Below, piece by piece: positions 12,719 through 24,913 of a DNA stretch of 36,702 bases; positions within the stretch are counted from its first letter, which is position 1; each line of letters starts with the position of its first letter. The position numbers were made by a program, and so were the translations under genes. Below the pieces are notes generated by a model. It had not been told where the DNA came from. It saw only the letters and a list, made by a program, of their open reading frames with translations, and ran no database searches. The DNA is from Octopus bimaculoides (taxonomy: Eukaryota): assembly GCF_001194135.2 (NCBI RefSeq), contig NC_068982.1:23412316-23449017 (forward strand), given 5' to 3'.

Positions 12719-13319
12719 CGTGTGCGGGAGTATTGTGGCTAAAATTAAAAGAACTGTTAATGCCCAGTTAATTTCAACACACAGGCTCTGTTCACTACGA
12801 GCATAGAGAAGCAAATGCATCAACAGAATCGTCACACAAGCATAATTACAGTGTTACATATATGTAGAGAATCACTCAACACAAACATCAACATGAGAAT
12901 ATAAATTGCAAAACTTGGCGATAAGTGATGAAAGATTATAATAGTGTGAAGAAGTTATAAGAGAGCACATCTTCATCGATAAGTTTACAGTCTGGGACGA
13001 AGAGCTTTTGAAAAATCAACAAATCAAGCAATTGTTTTATTAATTAACAAATTATTTACTAAACTGTTTACGATGCTGGACTGAAATTTAAGCACAGCCT
13101 GTTTTTACTGGTATCTGACACGCCCAAAGATATCGATATTTGTTCCAATGCACGATTTCTTCACCTTAATCGAGCAGCTATAAATCGATAAAGTACACTT
13201 TTACAGTGTCTACTTTGATTAGAACAGAAAATCCAAAACCAACATAAAACAATGATCCTAATCAAGCTACGGAGATATGACCTAAACTCTTCTGCGTAAA
13301 ATAACCAGATAAAAATGTT

Positions 13320-13401
13320 ACTACTACTACTACCACCACCACCGCCACCACCACCACCACCACCAACACCACCACTACTACCACTACTACTACTACTACT
13401 G

Positions 13402-13485
<84 letters not shown>
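13320..13485. repeat. (CTA)n/(CCA)n/(AAT)n compound microsatellite
   Basis: Read directly from the sequence. Confidence 0.97.
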
Positions 13486-13663
13486 CATCTCAGATTTTGA
13501 GATTGCTACTTGGGTGTTGAGTACTATCCACGATAATTAACATGCAGTTACCAAAGCTTTATATTTTCTGGGAAAATCCTTGCGAGACCACTGACAACAG
13601 GCTCCTGTCTGCTTTCACCGATTCAACCAGCGCAAAGTAGATCGAACGCTCTGAGAAGGAAAA
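13486..13663 (+). mobile_element. Very short 3' end of the R4/Dong-like LINE, same subfamily as 5473-7402
   Basis: TCCACGATAATTAACATGCAG...GAGACCACTGACAACAGG...CTGAGAAGGAAAA aligns by eye to 7265-7400 (TCCACGATACTTAACGTCCAA...GAGACCACTGACAGCAGG...TTGAGAAGTAAAA). (AAT)n lies 5'; short CAC/AAC repeats and then (AAT)n lie 3'. Confidence 0.65.
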
Positions 13664-13688
13664 CACCACCAACAACAACAACAACATC

Positions 13689-13722
<34 letters not shown>

Positions 13723-14130
13723 GTAATAATGATGATGATGATGATAATAATAATAACAATAACAAATTTAAAATAAAAATAATAATAATAATAATCATTA
13801 TTATTATGATCATCGTCATCATCATCATCATCGTTATTATTGTTATAATTATTATTATTATTATTATACAGAGAAGACGAAACAGAAGAAGAAGAAGAAG
13901 AAGAAGAAGAGGAGGAGGAGGAGGAGGAGGAAGAGGAAGAGGAAGAGGAAGAGGAAGAAGAAGAAGAAGAAGAAGAAGAAGAAGAAGAAGAAGAAAAAGA
14001 AGAAGAAGAAGAAGAAGAAGAAGAAAAAGAAGAACAAGAAGAAGAAAAAGAAGAACAAGAAGAAGAACAAGAAGAAGAAGAAGAAGAAGAAGAAGAAGAA
14101 GAAGAAGAAGAAGAAGAAGAAGAAGGACGA
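13664..14130. repeat. (AAC)/(AAT)/(GAT)/(ATT)/(ATC) tracts followed by a long (GAA)/(GGA) purine-rich tract at ~13885-14125
   Basis: Read directly from the sequence. Confidence 0.97.
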
Positions 14131-15550
14131 TGATGAGAAGAAAGCTGAAAGAAGTGCGATCATCGGTTAGCGTGCCGCACTAAGAACGAATACTCTTCAT
14201 ATGTTTATTCATTAGGTGGGAGAATTGTTTTGGTTGTGAAAGAGTAATAATGAAAGCAATAACAGAAGTTAATCAATAAACGACTGCATATGAAATGTTG
14301 TGGAATGAAACAAGAAATGAGAACGTCACCGTAAGGTATCTTTAAATATGTATAGCGTAGATATATCTGCTATTCGCTTTATTTCTATTATATGTTGCCG
14401 CTTATTTTCATTTGTACCTTCGAAGACGCTATTCAAATTTACATTCATTTTTGAAGAAGCTTCTATGAGGCATTTGATACTTCAGATATTTGTTTCCTTC
14501 TATATATTTTTTTGTTTGGTTTGGTTTTGTTTTGTTCATTCTTCACTACAATAATAATGGACACACGAAGTAGTATAGGTTGGGCAACGTTTGCTTATAA
14601 ATTTCGAAGATCAATACAGAACTCCTGCCAACTACATTCGCGAAAATCACTGTATGTATATATGTATGTATGTATGTATTTATACATACTCACACACACA
14701 GACACATGCACATACACATATATCGGTGTGTTTTTGTTTCACTTCATAGCTCTTTATTTCTCAAAAAAAAGGAGAAAATATAACACTTCACAACACCAGT
14801 AAAGCAACACATCAACACACTCCAAACTCACACCATTCAATCAAACGGCACCATCAAACAGCTTTCGCATCATCCGCTCTACACACGCTATGTTGTAAAT
14901 TCATTTGGAAAAGCTTCGTTCATTCAGTGCACTAAATAATCAATAGTATATTCGCTCTAGTAAATTACTAGCATTGAACATCTGTCTAATTTCGAAAAAA
15001 AAAAAACAACACCAAAAAGAGAGTGGAAGAAACCACCGCACGTCATTAGTAACAAGTTGAAGATTAACCGTTGTTGCATGCATATATACAATTATACACT
15101 TATATATACATAAACTCATACGCATATAGGTAGACGAAAAGACACATTTATAACACTCACACAAAACACATAGTTTTGTTTATTCTTTTTAACCTAGCCA
15201 TACTGGTTTTACATGCCCAAACATACGTTAGTCCACTGTTAGTACGGAAACTTTTTTTCCATCGCCGGAGAATTGCATGCATCTATATATGGAGAAAACA
15301 TAAAGAATCCACATTAATACAAAAACTGGCAAAACTTATGCACATTAATTCTGATCACGTGTTTATTAAACAGATGCAGGTTTACGAAATGTAGGTCTCA
15401 AATCCACAAAAGATATATTAATATTTCTCAGTGATTATTATTTGCTTTGTTGAGCAAAACTGTGTTCTTAATCTCTCTCTAACTCCCCCTCTCACTCTTT
15501 AATGCATGTATGTATGTATGCATGCTTGTCTGTATGTATACAGGTGTATA

Positions 15551-16695
15551 TTGGAGCATCCCATAAATAATGACCGTTTTTCAATTACATGAACTAAGTG
15601 TCGGAGGGGGACGGGATATAATACCTGCATCAACTTGTTATGAAAACAGGTAGTAATTTTACATTGTAATTATTCTTAGTTCAAGTTTTGAAGAGTGCAG
15701 TTCGATTTTAACAGCTATTTTTTCAAAGCAATAATGGGAGAGACAAAGAAGCATATTCGGCATATTTTGCTTTATGAGTTCAATAAAGGCAACAACGCAA
15801 AGGCAAGTTGGAGAATTATTAATGCAGTCTATGGGGATCAAACAACAAGCGTAAGCCATTGTAAGGGTGGTTCCAGAAATTCCAAGGGGGAAACTACAGC
15901 CTGGAAGTGGAGCTTCGTCCTGGCAGATCTACATATTTCGACGAGCAGGTCCTGCAAACACAGGTTGAACAAAATCCCATCGTAATTGTTGATAAACTAC
16001 CAGAGAAGCTTGGATTTGACCATTCAATCATTCAACGACTCCTGCGAGACATCGAAAAAGTCAGCAAATTGCTTAGTCGCCAAATGGGTTCTCTATAAAC
16101 AATGTCAAGTACCGCAGACAGTAGGTAGAGAAAGTAGAAATACCGGTACTACAGGCTAAAGAAGTTATTCACCTATGTAATGTGTTTTTATCTGTTTGGT
16201 GGTATATGAAAGGTTTCGTCCACTTTGAAGTTTCATGCCCAAACCAAAGGTAACCAAAGAGATCTACTGCGAGCAGTTTGCGCGACTTAAGTCAGCACTA
16301 GAAGATGAAGGGTGTTCTTCCATCAGGATAATGCTCGGCTACATACAGCGACGATGACATTTCAAAGGCTGGAATAGTTTGAATGGGAAAGGATGCCCCA
16401 CCCACCACATTCGCCGGACATTGCCGCATTTGATTACCATTTATTCCGCAGTCTTCAAAATCATTTGGACGGAAAAATATATGAATTTTATAGACGAGGT
16501 CAGAACAGTACTGAAGGAATATTTTTCGACAAGGACTAGTGAATTTTGGAAGAGGGGCCTTGCAGGTCTACCAGATGGATGGGAGAGCATTGTAGAAAAT
16601 GAAGCAGTGTATATTTTAGATTAAAGATAGGCTCTGTTTATTTAATTTTCAAAAGTGAAAGTATAAAGAAGGGCAATACATTAGGGATGACCCAC
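15551..16695 (+). mobile_element. Near full-length degenerate mariner with both TIRs and TA target-site duplications
   Basis: Left end TA|TTGGAGCATCCCATAAATAATG and right end CAATACATTAGGGATGACCCAC|TA form imperfect TIRs. Translated pieces: KHIRHILLYEFNKGNNA, RPGRSTYFDEQVLQTQVEQNP, HQDNARLHTA, HPPHSPDIAAFDYHLFRSLQNHLDG and FWKRGLAGLPDGWESIVENEAVYILD*. The first catalytic-D region appears deleted. Confidence 0.92.
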
Positions 16696-16739
16696 TACTA
16701 CCTGCGTTTACAGCAAATTGATGTAAGTAGTTAATCCCG

Positions 16740-17900
16740 TTCCTCTCCGACCTTTAGTTGATGCAATTGAAAAAAAAAAACATTATTTACGGCATGACCC
16801 AATACTTCAAACTCTGAGCGGAAGAATACTAATTTTGTTCGGGTGATGTCGCCAGTTCTCTTTTTTAATCCTTGCGGTACGCTAAAATTGCGGTAAACCA
16901 TCGTTTTTTTTTTCATTCTGCATCCTAAGTCATTCGGTTTTTAAGTTTTCCTCCCTAGCATATTCTCTGTTTTGCAGCTTAGCTTTAGTAACTACAGTAA
17001 AATCCTGTATTGTGTAGCAGTTATCTCCTCCGTCATGTTTGCCATTTGGATACTGTTCTTCGAAGCCCTTCTTTCATTTGTTATGATCCGTGGTCTCCCA
17101 GTTCTTTCTTGATCCACACCTGCATATCATATTCCATTATTATTTTCAAAGTTTATTGCACCATGAAGATGTTGATTCTGAAGTTTTGTCTTCCAGTTTC
17201 AACGGTTCCGTTTTTGACATCACTTTCTGGGTCGGGCTCATTATCAGAAGATGATGAGGCTATTTGATGTTTTCTAGTACTGCGCTTCTGTGTTTCGTAT
17301 TTTTTATAATGTGGGTGTAGGAGGAGTTAGAGGTAATTTTGCTGTTAAGTTGTCTTTGCATAGTGAAGCTTTTATGATTGTATGGTTAGTTTAGACATAG
17401 CAGTAGCATTTACATAATCTTGTTTGTCTTTTCGTTTTTCTATTTTCTTGGTTGCTTCTCTTTCACCTCCTCCACTTTGTAAGATGTGGTTTTCACCTTG
17501 GAAAAATCCCATGAGGGTGACAGTGGAGGTGTTTTCTCCTGTGTGTCCATGTTTACGTTTGTGCTTACAAAAAGAAGGAAGGAGAATCAGAGGGAGTGGA
17601 GTTAGGCTGCAAAGTTTCCTGTCTGGTAGACTTTCTTTTTGTTAAGCTGCTGTTAGTATCGTTGTTATATCGATGTTGGTGTCAGTGTAACACCACAGCA
17701 GTTGTTTGTATTATTTCTTCTGTTATTGCTGCTTTTGATGATTTTGATGTTGTTGTTCTTGTCTACTTGGCTACAGTCTTGCACTGCTATTGTTGGTAGA
17801 AATGTAATGTTGGCTGTAGTGGGAGAAATGTCTGACCTGGTCCCTATTTTCACGTGGCACCCTTGGTCTTCTACCATCCACACTCCCGCTTAGTTTCGTT
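16740..17900 (-). pseudogene. Coding-like segment of unknown origin: either a decayed exon or a terminal exon plus 3'UTR
   Basis: Begins at a good acceptor (ccttaactctttacag|17900). A 42-codon frame TKLSGSVDGRRPRVPRENRDQ...ARL* is followed by Q-, S/P- and D/E-rich peptide-like stretches broken by stops. GC looks higher than the flanks. No family recognised. Confidence 0.25.
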
Positions 17901-18675
17901 CTGTAAAGAGTTAAGGTCTACGATCGTTTCTAGATGTTCTGGTTCAACATAATGAATCTAATTTCCACATCGTTCTCTTCACATGCACTACATTCAATTA
18001 CCATAGGGCCTTGTTTGACACGCTGTTCCAGCGTTCTTTTCGTTTTTAAGTTCGGTCACGGTTTTCAGAAATCTACATGTTTTTCCTGATTTAAGACAAT
18101 TTAGCGAAAGTAAATGGGTAGGCGTTAATGCTAATTAAAATCTTTAACATGTAGCAGGACCTGGCAATGATTTGAAATTAGAGCCATTAGTTCATTCACC
18201 AGTAACTCCACACTGTTCATAATTGTTACAAGAGCTGACAAAAAGTGGGCAACTGAATTCTAAAATGTTACAGTTTGTTATAGAACACTCTTAGATGATC
18301 GAGAATCAATTAGAATTCTCTGAAAGTTTCCTGATTATATTTTGGTAAAAGTTAATATTTAACGTTACATAACAGAGTATTTGTGAAAATCATACTGAGA
18401 CTGGATACTGCGGATGATTCAATTAGTCTTAACATATTTCATGGAAACTACTAAATTGGTGCATGCAAGGCAGTGATGCCAATTATCCTAGACTACTTCC
18501 CACGATATTATTCTGTGTATGTATATCTATAATCTTTTGCATACATTTACTCTAGGAACATTAGCCACACTGAGCTGTGATTTTTTTGTGAAATTCGGTT
18601 ACACACACCATAATTTCTTGAAATATACATCTGCTCTCCCGTTTTTGTTTTTGTTTTTTTTTACTGTACACACAG

Positions 18676-21021
18676 GACATGAAAGCATGGTCGCTTGGAC
18701 TGAATAAGAATGGGAATTCTTGAAACTAATTCATGAAGAGGGGATTCGGTTTGTCATATTTTATTGGTAATACGAGTCATATATGATCCATGATGTGCTG
18801 TTGACTGTGTAAATTAGTGCTGGATCAGGGCCTCCCATATATGTTATCATGCCATAAAAGGAAGCAACACTGACATATATTTCATGTTTCACCTTTTTCT
18901 GATATTTCATATATATTTCACTTATTTTTTCCTTGATTCACTGGAAATACTTATATATATATATATGCAGTTTACAAAGTAAAATTACATAACGTGTTTA
19001 AGTATTAGAGAATTCCAGAAAGATTATCCTTCAATAATTTTATCGTTTTATGGGTGCAGAGTAAAATATGATCTTTCTTTCAGTTTTGCTCGCTTTTAGA
19101 TGTAGGTTGAATGCTACGACTATTTCTAATTTCAACACTGAAGGTGAGTGTTGACTGAGGTTCGTTACGATAAAGTACATATTTTTAAAGAACATATCAG
19201 GAATATTAGTGTTGGGGCTTCTCCTTCTGCAGAATTGACTAATATTTTTCATAGTGCTTCTCATATCTCAAGTTTCAAGGACTCCAACTTTCACTAACGT
19301 TCTCTAAAATGTCTTAGAACCAAACTTTTCGTATCACGTGAACAGTTTGCAAATCCACAAGACATAAGTGCACAAATAACTATGAAATTGCAAATGCCCA
19401 CGAAATAATTCGTGTGTGAATATCTATCGTTGCATTGAAGCGAAGCTTCTTTAAAAATAATACCTTTGTTTTGTTCGATGCTACATTCTTCAACAACGGA
19501 TAGAGATCTTATTATTGTCTATGATCCGTATTGAAGCTGAAACTGATCGATCGAGATTAATTCCTTAATCTCAATTAGCAAGATTCACAAGTTTCACTTT
19601 GAAGAGACATCTACAAAAAAAAATGTGGATGTAAAATGAAAACAAGAATTTAATAAATCTAACCGGATAGAAGCTAAAATTGGAAGAGACTTCGTTTACA
19701 TTAACTGCGTTGTTTTACCAAATGATATTGAAATGATTTGTATTACCAAATGATATTGAACTGACTTCAATTATTTTTACATGCACATAGTTCGTATTTC
19801 ATTTTACTTGGGCAGAATTTGATTTTACTTGGGCAGAAGTTTATTTTAAATTATTGCAGGATAGTCCTGATCAATTCTTCTCAAAGCTAGTATCACATGA
19901 ACGAATTTGCTATGAGTCTACAGGTTTGAAACAGTAACTATGATCTCTTGAGCTTTCTCAGGGAACCTTATCCTTCAGATGAAAATGCCAGAACAAAAAA
20001 AAAAAGCCTTTTCGCAAATGAAAACATTACGAATACATTAGAGATGTCTTTAATGTTTTTGATTTTCTTTTATGAAAGATATCTCATACATAGCCCTATA
20101 GAAAGAGAAATTTGAATATCTTAATCTGTCCGCAAAGAGGATAAAACACAGGACTGAAAAGTGCAGAATGAAAACAAATGAATTATATATGTTGATGTTG
20201 CTGAGTATGTGACTTAAAGAAAGATAAAAATGTATAGAAAAGTCATAGAAAGAGAAGTATTACTTAAAAAAAAAAAATGTTAGTACTGTAGTAGAGTGTT
20301 GTCTTTACTTTTCAGACAGTTCTGCACTACATGAACGAGTGCTCTCTGTAAGAAAAAAAGAATGTAGACAGAGGAACGGGGGGTAATATAGTCGAACTTA
20401 CAATTAAGTGATTTTTTTTCTGACGAAAGTAAATATCCAACTAAGCTGTATAGAATGTTTTGAAAGTTAAATCAACCAATGAATGTTCTTAACAAAGTAG
20501 TTCCAACTGAACAATAGGTACGTATTCGTTTGAAAAGAATATTACAATAAAAATAGATTTACTTAGCTTCAGTTTTAGATATCATTGCTATATTCGATAC
20601 CATTTTACATGGTTATGCACAGTTCATTTTTGTACCTTCTTTTAAGTTGGGATCTACACTACCTTCCTCTTTTTGTCGCTTATTATAGGGATCAAACTTA
20701 AAAACATTAAACGTACAACATACATCTGATTGACTCACAAGTGTATAAAAATGTAGTCATTGTTTTATACTTTTTAATTATTGTATTGTACGCACAGTGA
20801 CAAAAAAGTATGTAGTCGAATAAAATACACATGACATTTATTTTCTTAGATTCCTATTATAGCATGAGACAGTTTTGACGCAATGCTAAGTTACAGGAGC
20901 ATAAACAAACTAACAGCAATTCTTAAATGGTAATGAGGAAAACGACGATACACACACAGAAGTATGCACACAAACACACACACGCACTCGTATATACACA
21001 CAGAGGGAGAAAGAGAGAGAT

Positions 21022-21065
<44 letters not shown>

Positions 21066-21330
21066 TATAGATAGATAAAAACACACTCAAACACTGACGC
21101 ACAGATGCCTGGCCACATCCACACACACACTGACACACAATTTTATATATATATATACCTATATNNNNNNNNNNNNNNNNNNNNNNNNNNNNNNNNNNNN
21201 NNNNNNNNNNNNNNNNNNNNNNNNNNNNNNNNNNNNNNNNNNNNNNNNNNNNNNNNNNNNNNNNNNNNNNNNNNNNNNNNNNNNNNNNNNNNATATATAT
21301 ATATATATATATATAGTGTGAGAGAAAGTC

Positions 21331-21369
<39 letters not shown>

Positions 21370-23399
21370 CAGAGAGAGAGACAGAGAGAGAGAGAGACAG
21401 AGAGAGACAGATAGAGAGAGAGAGACAGAGAGAGAGACAGAGCAAAATTACAGGACCAATAATCAGAAGACATTTGAAAGCAGAATAAATAAGAAAATAA
21501 CAAACGACTTACTTTTATGTAACAAATAACAAACATGAAATAAGACATACATTATAAGTAGGAAAGACAGACGTAATTCTCGCAAAACAAGTGAAAGAAA
21601 CGAACTGTAATATAATGAAGCCTGTGGATATATACAATACAACGCCATCAAAATATAACCACGTTTGCGTATGAGGAAGCTGTAACAAACGAAATATTTA
21701 AAGTTAGATTATTTTTAACATAACAATACATTCAGATATAAACAGTTGTAGAATTATAATCGATACATCATGTTACAGACTTACAAAATACCTTCTGAAA
21801 GATAAAATATTATGATAAAACAGCAATAATATTTTTTAAATGCACATTGGCGTAGATAAACATACTTGAAATAGATGAGAGCTTCAATACCAGAAAAAGA
21901 AATATATTGAAATTATATGGGCACTACTTCAGCAATTTCACTATTGAAAATATGCATAGTGAGAATGATAAATATATATGAAATTATATTTCACTTCGTT
22001 GTAAGATCGACAGAGACTAACAGGCAGATATATAAACAAAACGTGGACAGGGGTTAGTGAAACAGAAAGTAACAAACATTGGAAAAATCGAAATTAAAGA
22101 GAATGTAAGATAAAGGGTTAAGCTTAAATCATACACAAAAAATCATTTTCTTATGAAAACCAATGATTTTCCTGGAAACGTAAACCTTTTAATCATCAGT
22201 TGAATAAAATTTCTCTGTAGTAAATAAAGCAGCGAGAAATGGAAAGAAACAACAATATTTTATGGAAACATAGGTGAAACAGTCATATTCGTAGAAAGTA
22301 ACATCAACATCCGCAAACTTAGAGCATTCTTGTGAAGAAATAGCAGTTAGAATGTTATCAATATATTGAAATATGGATAACTAGATCGCCCCTGGAAGCG
22401 ATAAATCTACAACCAATCGGTTGAAGTACCTCAATTTATCTGTAACATTCTTCCCCAAAAAACCCATGGTTTACTTCAGCAATTGCATAGAGTATTTGAA
22501 AAAAACTGACTGAGTAACAAATCATACTGGATGCTGTGACTAAATCCTACAAAACATTAAAACTTGATGGTTATATTTCAGAAGGGACCATAGCTGCCTG
22601 TAATTTCCAAAAAGCATCTCACCTACATAGTGAAAGTGAATTGCTTATTTACAAAGAAAATCAAGGATATCTTCACACGAATATTTCATATCGTGTAGAT
22701 GTAAGCATAATTACTGGGGCATAAATACGGTGTTGGAGATCTGTTAAATGAAGAGATTTTAGATCTTGTCGTACATAGTTTATAGGATTCTTTTCGCAAT
22801 GTACAAAAAAAAATCTTCAGGTTATAGTGTTTTTGCGAAAACGATATGATAGATTGAATGTCGATACAACTGGCAGGGATCAATGAATTGCTCTAGTTAC
22901 GCAAAACCAAATTTAGCAGATCGTAATGTATGACACATCAGTATATTCATAAATTCAACCAAATGGATAATAATGTTTGTACTGTCTGAGCCCTAGGATG
23001 AACGTACGGTGGAGGCGAAGGAACGAAACATTGCCAAATACTATGAGCAGGTAGAGGAAGACAGAAGCTAAACCTGGCGGCTACGTTGCGAGTTTATTGG
23101 AGCTAGTTCACCTGATTTAGTGAGGCGTTAACGATTTCCCCGTTGCTGCCCAATTGACTTCAAACTCTGACTGTGCTTGAAGTCAATTAAGAGATCGTTA
23201 TTTTCTACAACCGGGTGGCAGAGAAGTCGACAAGATGACTTTGGATAAAGAACAGTAGTTTACCTCCAGTGGGAAGCTAGCAAGAAATCGATCTACACTG
23301 GCTGATTCAAATGGGTGAATTGAATTTGATACTGAAAAATCAGAAAACCCCTAAAACCCAGAAAACGTCACGAATAATCCATACCAGAGCATCCATGAG
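18676..23399 (+). pseudogene. Tentative chain of short exon-like units, possibly a decayed gene
   Basis: AG/GT-bounded units at 18676-18766, 19084-19143, 19579-19630, 19860-19923, 20316-20347 and 22997-23050 (or to 23399). Several are phase-compatible, but there are in-frame stops and weak donors, and chance in AT-rich DNA is not excluded. Confidence 0.2.
21023..21441. repeat. (GATA)n, (TA)n with gap, and (GA)n/(GACA)n microsatellites
   Basis: Read directly from the sequence. Confidence 0.95.
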
Positions 23400-23983
23400 G
23401 TATGTCATGTAACGATGTAGAAGAGTGTCTCTCCAGATGTTATAACTGCAGATAGAACTTTAGTGATAAATTTGAAGTTCAGTAACGTTCACAATCCTAT
23501 AGATTGGACAGTGTGTTTCTTAGGTGTTCAGCACGTTTTTGCACATCATTTATAGCCAATTGATATTTCTATTTTAATTTTATTTCTAAGTAGTTTATTA
23601 CAATATTTAACATGAGAACACGGTAGCAAGTATATCATCAGTTATCTCTTTGTATATTCTAAAGCGCCAAACAAATATCTAATACGTAAGCAGGTTTATA
23701 CGGATACCATAATCTTTTCTCTAATCAATTGAAAACTGGGTAGTGAGGAATATGTAGAATCCTTGAGCGTAGAAGGTTAATTGTTAGGAATTAGCATTGG
23801 CAATTCTGATATATTACCGCGTATACCAGCGGGAAATACGCTGTGCAACTGATAATTATGGACTATATTCTAAGTATTGTAGATATTCCTCTCAATATAG
23901 TTAAAGTGATAACTGGCTTTCGAGGATAAACTTTACTGATTTTATTCCATTATTAGTTCTGTGTTTCAGTGATTACGCCCACG

Positions 23984-23999
23984 TTGTTGTTCTTGTTGC

Positions 24000-24030
<31 letters not shown>

Positions 24031-24093
24031 GCTGTTGTTGTTGTTGTTGTTGTTGTTGTTGCTGTTGCTGTTGTTGTTATTATTATCATTGTT
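23984..24093. repeat. (GTT)n/(ATT)n microsatellite
   Basis: Read directly from the sequence. Confidence 0.95.
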
Positions 24094-24307
24094 AAGGTGA
24101 CACTCTAGCAAAATTCTAACATCGCAAAAGAAAGTGCTATGTGGTATTTCATCTGTCTTTACGTTCTGAGTTCAAATCTCGCAGGGGTCGACTTAATCTC
24201 TCGTCCTTCCTGGGACGGTTAAATAAGTACCTTTTGAGCACTGGAGTCAATGCAATCGGTTTGCTCCTCACTCAAAATTTCAGGACTTGTGCTTTAGTAG
24301 AAAGAAT
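24094..24307 (+). mobile_element. SINE, same family as 27801-28018, followed by an (ATC)/(GTC)n tail to ~24435
   Basis: AAGG...TTTACGTTCTGAGTTCAAAT...GGTCGACTT...AAATAAGTACC...CACTGGAGTCAATG...AAAATTTCAGG...GTAGAAAGAAT aligns by eye to the reverse complement of 27801-28018. Confidence 0.8.
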
Positions 24308-24913
24308 CATCATCATCACCATTATCATCAACATCATCATCGTCATCGTCGTCGTCGTCGCCATCGACGTCGTCCTCATTGTCATCATTATCATTGTCGT
24401 CATCATGGTCATCATCAGTCACAACATCATTATCGTTTTGGGATAGATAGCAGAAGCGTTGATGCATCAGACAAAGCTCCCTGCTTTATTTTGTTTGGCT
24501 CTCTACAAACCACATCGACGTCAGTTTGCCTTTGATCACTTGAAGGTCGATAAAATAAAGTAGCAATCAAGAACTGGATTCAGTGCAATCCACTTTTCCT
24601 TCTCGCTCCAAACTGCAACACGTGTGCCTATATTAGAAGCCATTACCAACGTTTGCGTTGAACGTACGCCGTGCTGACAGTTGTATACCGTTTGAAAACA
24701 AGCTGTTAACTCTGAAGTATTCTTCTTAAAACTAAGAATACTATATCTATTGTGTAAAAGAAGCACCACGGAATTTTTTCCTGAAGTGCACAATTCTGGA
24801 TGATGTATTTTTTTCTTTCCGATCATAGAGTTAATTTTTTCGGTATAGAGATACAGTGACATGGTATGCTAAATGATAATGCAAGAGATATGACATAAAT
24901 TGGATTATTTGCA

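Noticed and set aside
13315-14183. Poly-L/P, poly-R/G and poly-F ORFs
   Set aside because: Translations of trinucleotide microsatellites.
24536-24862. 108-aa minus-strand ORF in unique sequence
   Set aside because: No recognisable motif or bounding splice signals; cannot be supported without a homology search.
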